A DNA stretch of 63,639 nt, filler included, from Candidatus Woesearchaeota archaeon (GCA_018399355.1; 7 parts of 7 records of this genome joined end to end with filler, not necessarily neighbours in it); one strand, 5' to 3'. Numbered from the whole stretch's first letter, positions 32,574 to 44,200 are shown. Program-made: numbers and translations. Notes: a model not told the origin generated them from the letters alone.

Positions 32574-34046
32574 ATGAAAAACAATGAATTCAAATACGAA
32601 TTAAGCTATAATCCTAAAGAAGTCAAGAAATGCGAAACTAGTTCTGATGTTTTAAAGATGTTAAAACAAAACAAAGATATTACCAATGTGAGAATATTTT
32701 TTTCAGATATTATTGGGAATATGCAATGTGATTTTTCTGTTCCAAATGATTGTGTTACAAAAGAAACATTAAAAGAAGGTTTTAGTTATGACGGGAGTTC
32801 GGTGGAAGGACAGGCAAGAATACAGGAAAGCGATAAAATTGCAGTACCTATTATTGAAAGCGCCATGATAACTCCATGGCAATATTCTCCAAAAACCCTT
32901 GGTCTTAGGGATAAACCGTGGAGGGAGCTAATAATGTTTTCAAAGCTTCATAATCCTGACGGCTCAAGATACGAAGGAGATGTGCGTTATGTGCTTGAGA
33001 AAACTCTTGAAAAAGCAAATAATGAAATTGGTGCTAATCATATGTATATCGGTCCGGAACTTGAATATTTTTTGTTTGATGCAAACGGCAAGGGAAGACC
33101 TGTTGTAAAAAATGGAATACCAGAAACTGTTGACCACGGAGGCTATTTTAAAGGTGGACTGCATGGACAAGTAAGAAAAGAGAGCCAGTTAATACTCCGG
33201 GCAATGGGTTACAATTTTGAGTATGACCATCATGAAGTAGCCCCATCACAACATGAAACCAATTTTAAATATCTTGATGCTGTTGATATGGCTGATTTTA
33301 TAATGCTTTACAAATATGTATTAAGAAGGACTGCAAATGAGTATGACTTATTTGCAAGCTTCATGCCAAAGCCGATAATTGGTGAAAATGGGAGCGGGAT
33401 GCACACCCACCAGTCTCTTTTCGAAGGCAACAAAAATATATTTTCTGATAATAAGAACTGTCTTTCTACCAAAGGAAAGCAATATATGGCAGGTCTTATG
33501 GAACATCTTCCTGAAATTACCTCAATATTAAACCCTTCTGTTAATTCATTTAAGAGAATTGTTCCGGGATATGAGGCTCCTGTATATATCTGCTGGGGCT
33601 CTCAAAACAGATCAAATGTTATAAGAATACCTGCATATAAAAAAGAAAAGGCATTAAGGCTAGAGTTAAGAAGCCCTGATCCTGCCTGCAATCCTTATCT
33701 TGCTTTTGCAGTAATGCTTTCGGCAGGGCTCAAGGGAATATCTGGAAAATATGGTCTTCCAGAGCCAGTCCATGAAAATGTTTATGAGATGCCTGAAAAT
33801 GAAAGAGAAAAAAGGGGTATAAAAAGCCTTCCTGGAAGTTTGGAAGAAGCGCTATCCTTAACTGAGAAAGGAAATATTGTAAAGGAAACAATTGGAGAGC
33901 ATCTTTATAATTGCTTTATTGATAACAAAAGAAAGGAAATTCAGGAATTAAAACAGGATGAATTTATCTATAAAGAAAAATACAGGGAAAAAGGACATAA
34001 GGGAATAACAAATTATGAACTGGAAAAACTTTTGCCTGTTTTGTAA
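32574..34046 (+). CDS. glnA: glutamine synthetase type I
   Basis: YDGSSVEG, GPELEYF, HHEVAPSQHE, FMPKP..GENGSGMHTHQS, PGYEAP and ELRSPDPACNPYL. Confidence 0.93.
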   Translation: MKNNEFKYELSYNPKEVKKCETSSDVLKMLKQNKDITNVRIFFSDIIGNMQCDFSVPNDCVTKETLKEGFSYDGSSVEGQARIQESDKIAVPIIESAMITPWQYSPKTLGLRDKPWRELIMFSKLHNPDGSRYEGDVRYVLEKTLEKANNEIGANHMYIGPELEYFLFDANGKGRPVVKNGIPETVDHGGYFKGGLHGQVRKESQLILRAMGYNFEYDHHEVAPSQHETNFKYLDAVDMADFIMLYKYVLRRTANEYDLFASFMPKPIIGENGSGMHTHQSLFEGNKNIFSDNKNCLSTKGKQYMAGLMEHLPEITSILNPSVNSFKRIVPGYEAPVYICWGSQNRSNVIRIPAYKKEKALRLELRSPDPACNPYLAFAVMLSAGLKGISGKYGLPEPVHENVYEMPENEREKRGIKSLPGSLEEALSLTEKGNIVKETIGEHLYNCFIDNKRKEIQELKQDEFIYKEKYREKGHKGITNYELEKLLPVL

Positions 34047-34093
34047 TCTTTAAAACAGCAAAATATATAAAGGTAAATTTAGACAATAAGAAT

Positions 34094-34864
34094 ATGATAG
34101 ATGTCTTGATTGCATTTCTTGTTGTATCTGTGATTATAAACCTGATTATGTTCATACCTGCATTTATTTTTAAAACAGACAAGCTAACAGACATATCATA
34201 CGGACTAAGCTTCTTGATTCTTTCAATGATAGCTATAAAGCTTAATAACATAACAACTGGCAAGATGATCCTTTTCTTTATGATTCTTGTGTGGTCAACA
34301 AGGATATCAATCTATCTTTTTGCAAGAATATTAGCCACAAAAAAAGACAAAAGGTTTGATGGAATAAGAGAGAATTTCTTGAAATTTCTTTCATTCTGGC
34401 TGCTTCAGGGTGTTAGTGTTTGGATAATATTAATATCTTCCTTGATATATATAAACACAGACTTTTACAATCTTGGAATTTTATCATTATTAGGATTTTT
34501 GATATGGCTCGCAGGAATATCAATTGAAGCTATAGCTGACTACCAGCAGGCAATGTTCTTCAAAAACCCAAAAAACAAGGGAAGCTTTATCTCAAAGGGA
34601 ATATGGAAGTACTCGAGGCATCCAAATTATTTTGGTGAAATGCTCTGCTGGATTGGAATTTATGTTTATGTTTTAGATGCTTTGTCATTTGTTAACGCAC
34701 TTATCGCAATAATAAGTCCTTTGTATATAATTTTCATATTGGTCTTTGTTACCGGCCTTCCAAAAGTGGAAAAAAGCGCAAATGAAAGGTTTGCAAAAAA
34801 CAAAGAATATCAAAAATACAAAAAAACAACAAGCATACTTATACTATGGCCTCCAAAGAAATAA
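34094..34864 (+). CDS. DUF1295 membrane protein (steroid 5-alpha-reductase-like)
   Basis: KDKRF, EAIADYQ and GIWKYSRHPNYFGE. Confidence 0.88.
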   Translation: MIDVLIAFLVVSVIINLIMFIPAFIFKTDKLTDISYGLSFLILSMIAIKLNNITTGKMILFFMILVWSTRISIYLFARILATKKDKRFDGIRENFLKFLSFWLLQGVSVWIILISSLIYINTDFYNLGILSLLGFLIWLAGISIEAIADYQQAMFFKNPKNKGSFISKGIWKYSRHPNYFGEMLCWIGIYVYVLDALSFVNALIAIISPLYIIFILVFVTGLPKVEKSANERFAKNKEYQKYKKTTSILILWPPKK

Positions 34865-34981
34865 GTTTAGATGCTCATTCTAAGTAAGACTAAGTAATAT
34901 ATATACTTGAGTTTAACTATATTTATATACTATTCTTTAATCCCTTTTTCTATATTCTTATGAAAATTGGGAGGTAATAAA

Positions 34982-37600
34982 ATGGCAGAAGAAAAATATG
35001 TATATTTCTTTGGAGAAGGCGGAAAAGAAATGAAAAACCTTCTCGGGGGAAAAGGAGCTAACCTAAGCGAGATGAGCAAGATAGGAATTCCTGTTCCGCC
35101 AGGTTTTACAATAACAACAAAAGTTTGCAATGAATATTATGAAAACGACAAAAAATATCCTGAAGGGCTTAATGTTCAGATAGAAGACAATTTAAACAAG
35201 CTTGAAGAAAAAACAGGGAAAAAGTTTGGTGACCCAAAAAACCCTTTGCTTGTTTCTGTAAGGTCTGGGGCTGCTGTATCAATGCCAGGAATGATGGATA
35301 CTATTCTCAATCTTGGATTAAATCCAGACACAGTACAGGGAATGGTTGAACTTACAAAAAATGAAAGGTTTGTATGGGATTCTTATAGAAGATTTATCCA
35401 GATGTTTGGGAATGTTGTTCTTGGAATAGGCCATGAAAAATTTGAAAAGATTCTTGACAGCATAAAAGAAGAAAAAGGAGCTGTCCTTGACACAGAGCTT
35501 GAAACAGAGGATTTAAAAAAAGTTGTAGAACAATACAAAAAACTGGTTAAAGAAGAAACAGAAAATGAATTTCCTGAAAAGCCAGAAGAACAATTGCAAA
35601 TGGCAATTGACGCTGTATTCAACTCATGGGATAATGAAAGGGCAATATCATACAGAAAGATGAATGATATTCCAGATAAAATCGGGACAGCAGTAAATGT
35701 ACAGTCAATGGTATTTGGAAACATGGGAAATGATTCCGGAACAGGTGTTGCATTTACACGTGACCCAAGCACAGGAGAAAAAAAGTTTTTCGGAGAATAT
35801 TTGATGAATGCCCAGGGAGAAGATGTGGTTGCAGGAATAAGAACTCCAAAGAAAATAAAACAGCTTGAGGATGATATGCCTGAAGTATATAATGAGCTGG
35901 TTGAGATTTATAAAAAGCTTGAACTACATTACAAGGACATGCAGGATATGGAGTTTACAATAGAAAAAGGAAAGCTGTATTTACTTCAGACAAGAAATGG
36001 AAAAAGAACTGCGCATGCAGCTGTGAAGATAGCTGTTGACATGGTTGAAGAAGGATTAATTACAAAACAGGATGCCTTACTGAGAGTAGAGCCAAACCAG
36101 CTTGACCAATTATTGCACAAAACAATTGATCCAAAAGCAAAAGTAGAAGTTGCCGCAAAAGGCCTTCCGGCATCTCCTGGAGCTGCTGTAGGAGGAATTG
36201 TTTTTGATGCAAAACGTGCGCATGATTTAAACGAAGAAGGAAAGAAGGTTATCCTTGTAAGGACAGAAACAAGCCCTGAAGACATAGAGGGAATGAATGC
36301 TGCAAGAGGAATTTTGACTGCGCGTGGCGGAATGACATCACATGCAGCAGTTGTAGCTCGTGGTATGGGTAAGTGTTGTGTTGCAGGATGCGAAAGCATA
36401 GTTGTAAGCGAAGAAAAGAAAGAGCTAAAGATAAACAACAAAGTCCTGAAAGAAGGGGACAAAATAACTCTTAATGGAAACACAGGAGAAGTGATAATAG
36501 GAGAACTTGAATTGATTGAGCCTGAATTAAAGGGAGAGTTCAAGACATTGATGGATTGGGCAGATGAAGTAAGGACATTAGGAGTAAGGACAAATGCTGA
36601 CACTCCAAAAGATGCAGAAAAATCCATTGAGTTTGGGGCAGAAGGTATTGGATTGTGCAGGACAGAACACATGTTTTTCCAGGAAGACAGGATAAGGGCA
36701 GTAAGAGAAATGATTTTAGCTGAAGATATTGTAGGAAGAAAAAAGGCATTAGATAAACTACTGCCTATGCAAAAATCAGACTTTTTTGAAATATTTAAGG
36801 TAATGAAAGGGCTGCCAGTTACAATAAGATTATTGGATCCACCTTTGCATGAATTCCTCCCAAAATCCAAGGAAGACATAGAATGGCTTTCAAGTGAGAT
36901 GGGAGTTACAGTAGAAAAAATAAACGAGAAAATGGATTCATTGCATGAGGTTAATCCTATGTTAGGGCATCGCGGATGCAGACTGGCAATAACATATCCA
37001 GAGATAGCAGAAATGCAAGTTCAGGCAATATTTGAGGCAGCATGTGAATCAGTAAAAGACGGAAACAAGGTTGTTCCAGAGGTAATGATTCCACTAATTG
37101 GAAATGAAAAAGAGTTCAACAATCTAAGGGAGCTTTCAAAGAAAAAAGCTGATGAAATAATAAAAAAGCATGATGTTGAGCTTAATTACAGGATAGGAAC
37201 CATGATTGAGGTGCCGAGAGCATGTATTGTTGCAGATAAAGTAGCAGAAAATGCAGAGTTCTTTTCTTTTGGAACAAATGACTTGACGCAGATGACTTTT
37301 GGATTTAGCAGGGATGATGTAGGAAAGTTTGTGCCTGAATACATAAGAAAAGGCATTCTTGAAAAAGATCCTTTCCAGGTTCTTGATCAGGAAGGAGTTG
37401 GAAATCTTGTAAGCATGGCTGTTGAAAAAGGAAGAAAAGTAAGAAAGGACTTAAAAATTGGAATCTGCGGAGAGCATGGTGGAGAGTCAAGTTCTGTTGA
37501 GTTCTGCCATAGGGAAGGATTAACTTATGTAAGCTGCTCACCATTCAGGGTTCCAATAGCAAGATTAGCAGCTGCACATGCAAAACTTAAAGAGGAATAA
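34982..37600 (+). CDS. ppdK: pyruvate, phosphate dikinase
   Basis: LLGGKGANL, SVRSGA..SMPGMMDT, GGMTSHAAVVARG, EGIGLCRTEHMF and FSFGTNDLTQ. Confidence 0.97.
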   Translation: MAEEKYVYFFGEGGKEMKNLLGGKGANLSEMSKIGIPVPPGFTITTKVCNEYYENDKKYPEGLNVQIEDNLNKLEEKTGKKFGDPKNPLLVSVRSGAAVSMPGMMDTILNLGLNPDTVQGMVELTKNERFVWDSYRRFIQMFGNVVLGIGHEKFEKILDSIKEEKGAVLDTELETEDLKKVVEQYKKLVKEETENEFPEKPEEQLQMAIDAVFNSWDNERAISYRKMNDIPDKIGTAVNVQSMVFGNMGNDSGTGVAFTRDPSTGEKKFFGEYLMNAQGEDVVAGIRTPKKIKQLEDDMPEVYNELVEIYKKLELHYKDMQDMEFTIEKGKLYLLQTRNGKRTAHAAVKIAVDMVEEGLITKQDALLRVEPNQLDQLLHKTIDPKAKVEVAAKGLPASPGAAVGGIVFDAKRAHDLNEEGKKVILVRTETSPEDIEGMNAARGILTARGGMTSHAAVVARGMGKCCVAGCESIVVSEEKKELKINNKVLKEGDKITLNGNTGEVIIGELELIEPELKGEFKTLMDWADEVRTLGVRTNADTPKDAEKSIEFGAEGIGLCRTEHMFFQEDRIRAVREMILAEDIVGRKKALDKLLPMQKSDFFEIFKVMKGLPVTIRLLDPPLHEFLPKSKEDIEWLSSEMGVTVEKINEKMDSLHEVNPMLGHRGCRLAITYPEIAEMQVQAIFEAACESVKDGNKVVPEVMIPLIGNEKEFNNLRELSKKKADEIIKKHDVELNYRIGTMIEVPRACIVADKVAENAEFFSFGTNDLTQMTFGFSRDDVGKFVPEYIRKGILEKDPFQVLDQEGVGNLVSMAVEKGRKVRKDLKIGICGEHGGESSSVEFCHREGLTYVSCSPFRVPIARLAAAHAKLKEE

Positions 37601-37602
37601 TT

Positions 37603-38199
37603 TTATTTTTTTTTTAAATATTTTAGATTTATCAGCATATCCCATGATTGAGGTATTTTCTTTGATGTTAAGTAATTGTCTATACATCTATCAGTAACAG
37701 TAAGGATTGGATTTTTTAGATAGGTAAATATTGTCTGGTTATAGTTAAGGTCGTCATCTAATCTTGATTTAATATCAAAACCTTCTCCCTTAATGATTAG
37801 TTCACTTGCATGGTTATCCTTTGTTGATAAAGAAACCTTTTCCTTTTTGCAAAGAGAATCAACATCATCAATTGTTTTTATTTCATCATCAGTTATATTA
37901 TCTGCATGTTTTTCATAAGCAATTGCTATTGTTGATATATCAATATAACGTTCTCCAAAAAAGGGATTATTAATTATTATTTGATATGGACTCCTAATAT
38001 TGACTGGAAATGCCTTATCATCATAATTTTCAGTAAGGTCGGGATTTCTTAGAATTTCCATCAGCCTTACTGGTTTTTTTGTTTTTAAGTAAACCCTACC
38101 GCTTGTGAGATAATAATTTTCGTCCTTTAGTATAAATGCTGCATTTAAACTAGATTCTCTTTCCTGTAAATTATTATCAACTTTGTAATCTAAATCCAT
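37603..38199 (-). CDS. hypothetical protein
   Basis: 198 aa ORF downstream of lysS; no motif recognised. Confidence 0.55.
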   Translation of the reverse strand: MDLDYKVDNNLQERESSLNAAFILKDENYYLTSGRVYLKTKKPVRLMEILRNPDLTENYDDKAFPVNIRSPYQIIINNPFFGERYIDISTIAIAYEKHADNITDDEIKTIDDVDSLCKKEKVSLSTKDNHASELIIKGEGFDIKSRLDDDLNYNQTIFTYLKNPILTVTDRCIDNYLTSKKIPQSWDMLINLKYLKKK

Positions 38200-38227
38200 T
38201 GTTTAAATTCAACTCGTTATAAGATAG

Positions 38228-39373
38228 TTATTTTTCTTCTGGTTTCATCATTGGAAAGAAAACAACATCGCGGACACTTTCCTGGTCTGTTAATATAGAA
38301 AAAAACCTGTCAATTCCCATTCCAAAGCCGCCAGTAGGGGGCATTCCGATTTCTAAAGATTCGATAAAATCCTCGTCTATCATCTGCGCTTCATCATCAC
38401 CCTCTTCTCTTAATTTCATCTGCTCTTCAAAACGTTCTCTTTGGTCAATCGGATCATTAAGCTCTGAGAAGGCATTCACAATCTCTGCCCCTGCAACCAA
38501 AAGAAAAAACCTTTGTGTCAGTTTTGGATTCTCCTTGTGTTTTTTTGCTAAAGGCGATATATCAATAGGCTGGTTTATCAAAAAGCAAGGCTGGAATAGA
38601 TCTGGCCTTACATACTGCTTGTAAAGCTGGTCCATTATTCTTCCGCGGCCAAAGCCTTCATCAACATCCAATTTTAAATTTTTGTCTTTTATTGCCTTGA
38701 TTAATTTCTCCTTTGTGTCTTCTTTATTTAAGTCAATTCCTGTTTTTTCTTTTACAATTTCAGTGTAATCTATTCTTGGCCACTTTCCATCAAAATCCAA
38801 GGTTTTTCCCTGATATTCTATCTTAAGTGTTCCAAATGTTTCTTTTAATACTTCTTTGATTAATCTTTCAGTTAAATCCATTAAATCCTTATAATCAATA
38901 TAAGCGCAATAAAACTCAAGAAGGGTGAACTCCTGCAAATGCTGTGTTGATATTCCCTCATTTCTGAAAACCTTTCCAAGCTCATAAACCTTTTCATACC
39001 CTCCAACAACAAGTCTTTTAAGATGAAGCTCTAGTGATATTCTTAAGTAGAAATCAATATCAAGTGTATTATGGTGTGTTATAAATGGGCGGGCATCTGC
39101 TCCTCCGGGAACTGCTTCCAAAACAGGAGTCTCAACTTCCATAAAATCTTCTTTGTCCATAAATTTTCTTATGTTTTTTATGAACTCTGTTCTTTTTTTA
39201 AATAATTCAAAAACTTCTCTGTTTGATATTAAATCAATGTATCTTTTTCTGTATCTTATTTCCTGGTCTTTCAGGCCGTGCCATTTCTCCGGAAGCTGAG
39301 CAAGGCTTTTTGTTAAAATTTCAAATGAATCAACATGAACAGTCACTTCTCCTGTTTTTGTCTTGAAAACAGT
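38228..39373 (-). CDS. lysS: class II lysyl-tRNA synthetase (5' end cut by contig end)
   Basis: FKTKTGEV, RYRKRYIDL, YLRISLELHLKRL..GG, FRNEG and GMPPTGGFGMGIDR. Confidence 0.95.
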   Translation of the reverse strand, partial: TVFKTKTGEVTVHVDSFEILTKSLAQLPEKWHGLKDQEIRYRKRYIDLISNREVFELFKKRTEFIKNIRKFMDKEDFMEVETPVLEAVPGGADARPFITHHNTLDIDFYLRISLELHLKRLVVGGYEKVYELGKVFRNEGISTQHLQEFTLLEFYCAYIDYKDLMDLTERLIKEVLKETFGTLKIEYQGKTLDFDGKWPRIDYTEIVKEKTGIDLNKEDTKEKLIKAIKDKNLKLDVDEGFGRGRIMDQLYKQYVRPDLFQPCFLINQPIDISPLAKKHKENPKLTQRFFLLVAGAEIVNAFSELNDPIDQRERFEEQMKLREEGDDEAQMIDEDFIESLEIGMPPTGGFGMGIDRFFSILTDQESVRDVVFFPMMKPEEK

Positions 39374-39473
39374 NNNNNNNNNNNNNNNNNNNNNNNNNNN
39401 NNNNNNNNNNNNNNNNNTTAATTAATTAANNNNNNNNNNNNNNNNNNNNNNNNNNNNNNNNNNNNNNNNNNNN
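39374..39473. other. artificial contig linker
   Basis: N44-TTAATTAATTAA-N44. Confidence 0.98.
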
Positions 39474-39494
39474 AATAATTTAAAATAAATATTT

Positions 39495-40475
39495 ATGAAA
39501 ACCAAAATAAACAACAATCTTCTTTATCTTTATTCTGAGAATTGCAGGGCATCTTTTTCATTCATAGCAAAAAAATTGCGTAAAAGCCCCCAGATTGTTA
39601 AATACTCTATAAACCAGCTTGAGAAAGAGGGCATAATTCCCTTTTACTACACTGTGGTTGACTACTCTTTGTTTAACATGCTTCTTTTCAGGGTTTATTT
39701 TAGAGGGGGTTACTCAAGGGGATTAGAGCTGAACTCGCTAATAAAAAAGCTTATTGAAAACCCTTCTGTTGTTTCTGTTTATGAAACAGGCGGACAGTAT
39801 GACCTTATTGTTGAATTTATGGCTGAAAACCCTTCAAGATTCAACAAAGAGCTTAAGCTTATTATCAGCGAAAACCCGGAACTCAATAACCATGACATAA
39901 TAATAAATGTTGTTTCACATATATACCCGAGGTATTACCTTTTAGGAAAAAACAAAATGAATTACTCTAATCCTCTAAAAGAGATAATAATTGGGGGAGA
40001 CAGGGAGTTATCAAAAATCTCAAAAAACCAGAAAAATGTGTTGATTGCCCTTGTAAAAAATCCAAGAGAAAGGATTACATCAATTGCCTTAAAGCTAAAG
40101 ATAAACGCAAAAACCGCGCTGTCTGTAATGAAATCCCTGGAGGAAAAAAAGATAATAAGGGGGTATAAAAGCAGTATCAAGACAGGAAAGCTCAATATAA
40201 TACACAACAGAATAACCTTAAAGCTTCATAACATTGACCCTTTAAAAGAAAAACAATTGATGGATTTCTGCATAAACACTCCTGAAATAACAAGGCTAAA
40301 CAAGACAATAGGACAGTGGGACATTGAGATAGACGCTGAAACTATATCTCAGATTGATTTCAGAGATATATACCTTAAGATAAGGGATGAATTCAAGGAT
40401 ATTATAATGCTTTTTAACAGCTACCGCATATACAATAAAATCAAGCACAAGTATATAAATGAAGAAAAAATATAA
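39495..40475 (+). CDS. tandem (double) Lrp/AsnC-type regulator
   Basis: Two HTH+RAM repeats (NCRAS..IAKKL..TGGQYDL; NPRE..SIALKL..IGQWDIE). Confidence 0.82.
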   Translation: MKTKINNNLLYLYSENCRASFSFIAKKLRKSPQIVKYSINQLEKEGIIPFYYTVVDYSLFNMLLFRVYFRGGYSRGLELNSLIKKLIENPSVVSVYETGGQYDLIVEFMAENPSRFNKELKLIISENPELNNHDIIINVVSHIYPRYYLLGKNKMNYSNPLKEIIIGGDRELSKISKNQKNVLIALVKNPRERITSIALKLKINAKTALSVMKSLEEKKIIRGYKSSIKTGKLNIIHNRITLKLHNIDPLKEKQLMDFCINTPEITRLNKTIGQWDIEIDAETISQIDFRDIYLKIRDEFKDIIMLFNSYRIYNKIKHKYINEEKI

Positions 40476-41099
40476 TTATTTCTTTTTTGTAACATGATAT
40501 TTGTTCAGAACCCTTGCATAAGTCTCGAAATCACTTGAGTTTTTGAATTCTTCCTTAACATCCTGAGGAAGTTTCTTGAAGAGTTCATTGACTATGTTTA
40601 AAACCTCAACAACATCATTGTCAAGCTCTTTTGCTTCTTCTTTTTCAGGTTCTAGCTCTGGCTCTTCTTCATTTGTTTGATCTTTCTTGAAAAGGCATGA
40701 AACCTTTCTTATTACCCTTGTAAAAAACCCGTCTGAATGCACAACTGCAACTTCCTCACACTCTGGCTCAGGAAAAGTTTCTTGTTCTTTAACAGGGTTG
40801 CTTTCATATTCAATGTTTTCAATATCTTCTTCTGTTGTTTTTTTCTTATTATGTGAAAAAAGCCCTAAAAACTTTCCAAAAAAATTTTCAAGGAACCCTT
40901 TTTGTTCCTCTATCTCAGGATTTTTGAAGCTTTCATCAGTGACATCAATATACTCTTCACTTAAGGGCTCAATCTTAACTTTTTTTTCTTTTTTCTCTAA
41001 AAAAGGCTCTTTAATTCTCTTAAAAAAAGACATTGAGCCTGATTTTCTTTTTTTACTAACATAATCATCCATCATACTGTTAAATTCATCATTCGCCAT
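40476..41099 (-). CDS. acidic low-complexity protein with repeated amphipathic segments
   Basis: Glu-rich linkers separating three FF/FL-basic segments; helical C-terminal domain. Confidence 0.65.
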   Translation of the reverse strand: MANDEFNSMMDDYVSKKRKSGSMSFFKRIKEPFLEKKEKKVKIEPLSEEYIDVTDESFKNPEIEEQKGFLENFFGKFLGLFSHNKKKTTEEDIENIEYESNPVKEQETFPEPECEEVAVVHSDGFFTRVIRKVSCLFKKDQTNEEEPELEPEKEEAKELDNDVVEVLNIVNELFKKLPQDVKEEFKNSSDFETYARVLNKYHVTKKK

Positions 41100-41259
41100 T
41101 TTTTACCCCTTTTATCTAAAAATAAGATATATTAAGAATAAAATCACCAAAAATATATAAAATTATCTATAACTGCATCAACCAAAAGCTATATAAACAA
41201 GCAATATTTCAAAAAATTAGCTATAATCTAACTTTAAAATAGCAAAAAAGAGTGATTTA

Positions 41260-44200
41260 ATGACTAGAATAAACAAGCTTGTAATAAGGGGATTTAAGTC
41301 CTTTGCCAAAAGAACTGAACTTGTTTTTGGTGAAAACTTTAATTGTATTCTTGGGCCGAACGGCTCAGGAAAATCAAATGTTATGGATGCCCTATGTTTT
41401 GTTCTTGGCAGAATGTCTTCTAAAAGCATGCGCGCAGAAAAATCAGCCAACCTCATATACAACGGAGGAAAAAAGGGAACTGCTGCAAAAGATGGAGAGG
41501 TAAGCATTTATTTTGACAACACAAGAAAAATATTTCCTTCTGATGATAAAGAAATAAAAATCACAAGAATTGTCAAGCAGAACGGACAAAGCATCTACAA
41601 GATAAACGACAAAAAAAGAACAAGGCAGCAAATTCTGGATATGATGTCAGTTGCAGCAATAGACCCAGAGGGATATAATATAATTCTTCAGGGAGATATA
41701 AATAAATTTGTTGAGATGTCTGCAAATGAGAGAAGATTAATAGTTGAGGAGATTGCAGGCATATCCATTTATGAGGAAAAGAAAAAGAAAGCCCTTAACG
41801 AACTTGAGAAAGTTGAAAATAAGCTTAATGAGGCAGATATAATATTAACAGAAAGGCAGACATATCTAAAAGAGCTGAAGTCTGAAAGAGACCAGGCCTT
41901 AAAATACAAAAATATGAGCGATAACATAAAGCAGAACAAGGCAACCTATCTTGATATCCAAATAAAGAAAAAACAAAATGAGAAAGAAAAGCTTGAATCA
42001 GAAATTGATTCATGCAAAAAAAAGATAGAAAAAACACAGAGTGAAGTAAAGGATATGAAGGAAAAAATCTCTGAAAAGAGAAAAGAAACCGACAAGATAA
42101 CCAAGCACATAGAAGAGGAAGGGGAAAAAGAACAGCTTGAGATGCAGAAAAGTATTGAAAAGCTCAGAGTGGATATTGAAACAAATAAGACAAGGATAGC
42201 AACATGTGAAAATGAGCTTGTGAAAATTGAATCAAGAAAAAACCAGCTTCAAAAAGACCTTAGCGAGATAAATGACAAAATTGATTTCCTGCATTCTGAA
42301 GTTTCAAGGCTTGAAAAAACAAAGGATGCAAAAAACAAGGATATAAAACAAATAGAAAATTCAATAGCAAGCTTCAAGAAAAAGCACAAGGTTGATAATC
42401 TTGAGGAAATAGAGAAAGAAATATCAAAAATAGAAAAAGAGGAAGAAGAAAGTCAAAAAGAAATACAGGTTCTGCGTGAAAAGCAGCAGCAGCTTTTAAG
42501 AGAAAAAGACAAAATAGAATACCAGATTCAGGGCATAGAAGATGCTGTTAAAAAAGTTCTTGATGTTGAAAAAGAAAACAAAGAAGCAATAAAAAACCTG
42601 AATGACAAAAAAAGCAGTTTCAAGAAAAAAACTTTAGATTTAAATAAGCTTCTTAATGAGGATTCTTCTCTTGCCGCCCAGATTTCAAAGGTAAGAGACA
42701 ATCTGTTTTCAGCTAAGGGAGAGCTTGAAAAGCTAAATGTAAAGAATATTGGAGCAAAGGAAAGGGCAGCCGGAAGTATAGCAGTTAAAAATATAATTGA
42801 GCAGAAAAACAAGATAAGGGGCATTTACGGCACTGTTGCAAGCCTCGGCCATGTGTCTTCAAAATACTCGAATGCATTAGAGGTTGCAGCCGGTTCAAGA
42901 ATACAGAGCATAGTTGTGGAAGATGACAAGGTTGCTGAAACATGCATAAAATTTCTGAAAGACAAAAAACTAGGCATTGCAAACTTCCTTCCTTTAAATA
43001 AAATAAAGGGAAATGAATTTAATGATCAAGCAAAGAAAATCCTTTCCTCAAACGGTGTGCATAACTTCGCAATCGATCTTGTTTCTTTTGACAAAAAATT
43101 CAAAAAAGCATTTTCTTATGTCTTTGGAGACACCCTTGTTGTTGACAATATAAGCGTTGCAAGACGCATAGGAATAGGAAATTACAGGATGGTAACCCTT
43201 GATGGAGACTTAATGGAAAAAAGTGGTTCCATGAGGGGAGGATACAGAAAAAAGACAGGAATCAGTTTTAAAGAAGAGGATTTCGCAAAGGATATTCAGG
43301 AATATGAAAACAAAGTTAATGAGCTTGAAGAATCTTTTAATGTCTTAACAAAAAGAAGGTCAGAGATTGAGGAATCAATAACCACTCTCAGGAATGAAAA
43401 AGCATCCCTTGAAGGAGAGATAATAAAGCTTGAAAAAGGCCTGCATCTTGAAAAAGGAGATACAGATGCAACAAAAAAGCGTAAGTCAGAGCTTGCTGAA
43501 AAACTCAAGGAAATTGAATCTGAAATATCTAAAACAGAAAAAGGCATAGAGCAAAGCAACAGAAACATTACTTCAGTAAAAACAAAAAAACAAGAGCTGA
43601 GGGCAAAAATCAGCGGTCTAAGAAACCCTACACTGCTTGCAGAACTTAACACATTTGAAGACAAAAAACAAGAGCTGAAAAATGAGATAATGGAAATTGA
43701 TTCCAAGATAAGTAGCATGAACACTCAGATAAATGACATCCTTGTGAGAGACAAGGAAAATATAACAAGAATCTTAAAAGAGCAGGAAAAAGAAAAAAAC
43801 CAGTTTTCATCAGAGCTTGAGCAGATAAAAGAGAAAATAAAAAAACAGGGCAAAGATCTTTCAGTAAAAGAAAAAGAACAGAAGGAATTCAGAACCAAGT
43901 TCAGGGGATTGTTTAATAAAAGGGATGAGCTCAACAAAGAAATAATAAAACTAGAGAGTGATATAAACAACAAAGAAGACCAAAACAGGGGAACAGAAAC
44001 AAGGATGAACAACATAACAATGAAAAATGTGGAAATCAAGGCAGAGTTATCAGGGATGGAAAAGGATTTCGAGCAGTATGAGGATGTTGAACTTGTAAAA
44101 GAAAGAAGTGAGGAATCCTTGAAAAGGGAAATAAATAAATTTGAATCAATGATAAATGATTTAGGAGCTGTCAACATGAGAGCTCTTGAGGTTTATGATA

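Noticed and set aside
35986..36879. 297-aa antisense ORF in ppdK, and similar antisense ORFs in smc, gatE, glpX, MATE and aglB
   Set aside because: Shadow frames of well-conserved genes, Ser/Phe/Ile-rich and without motifs.
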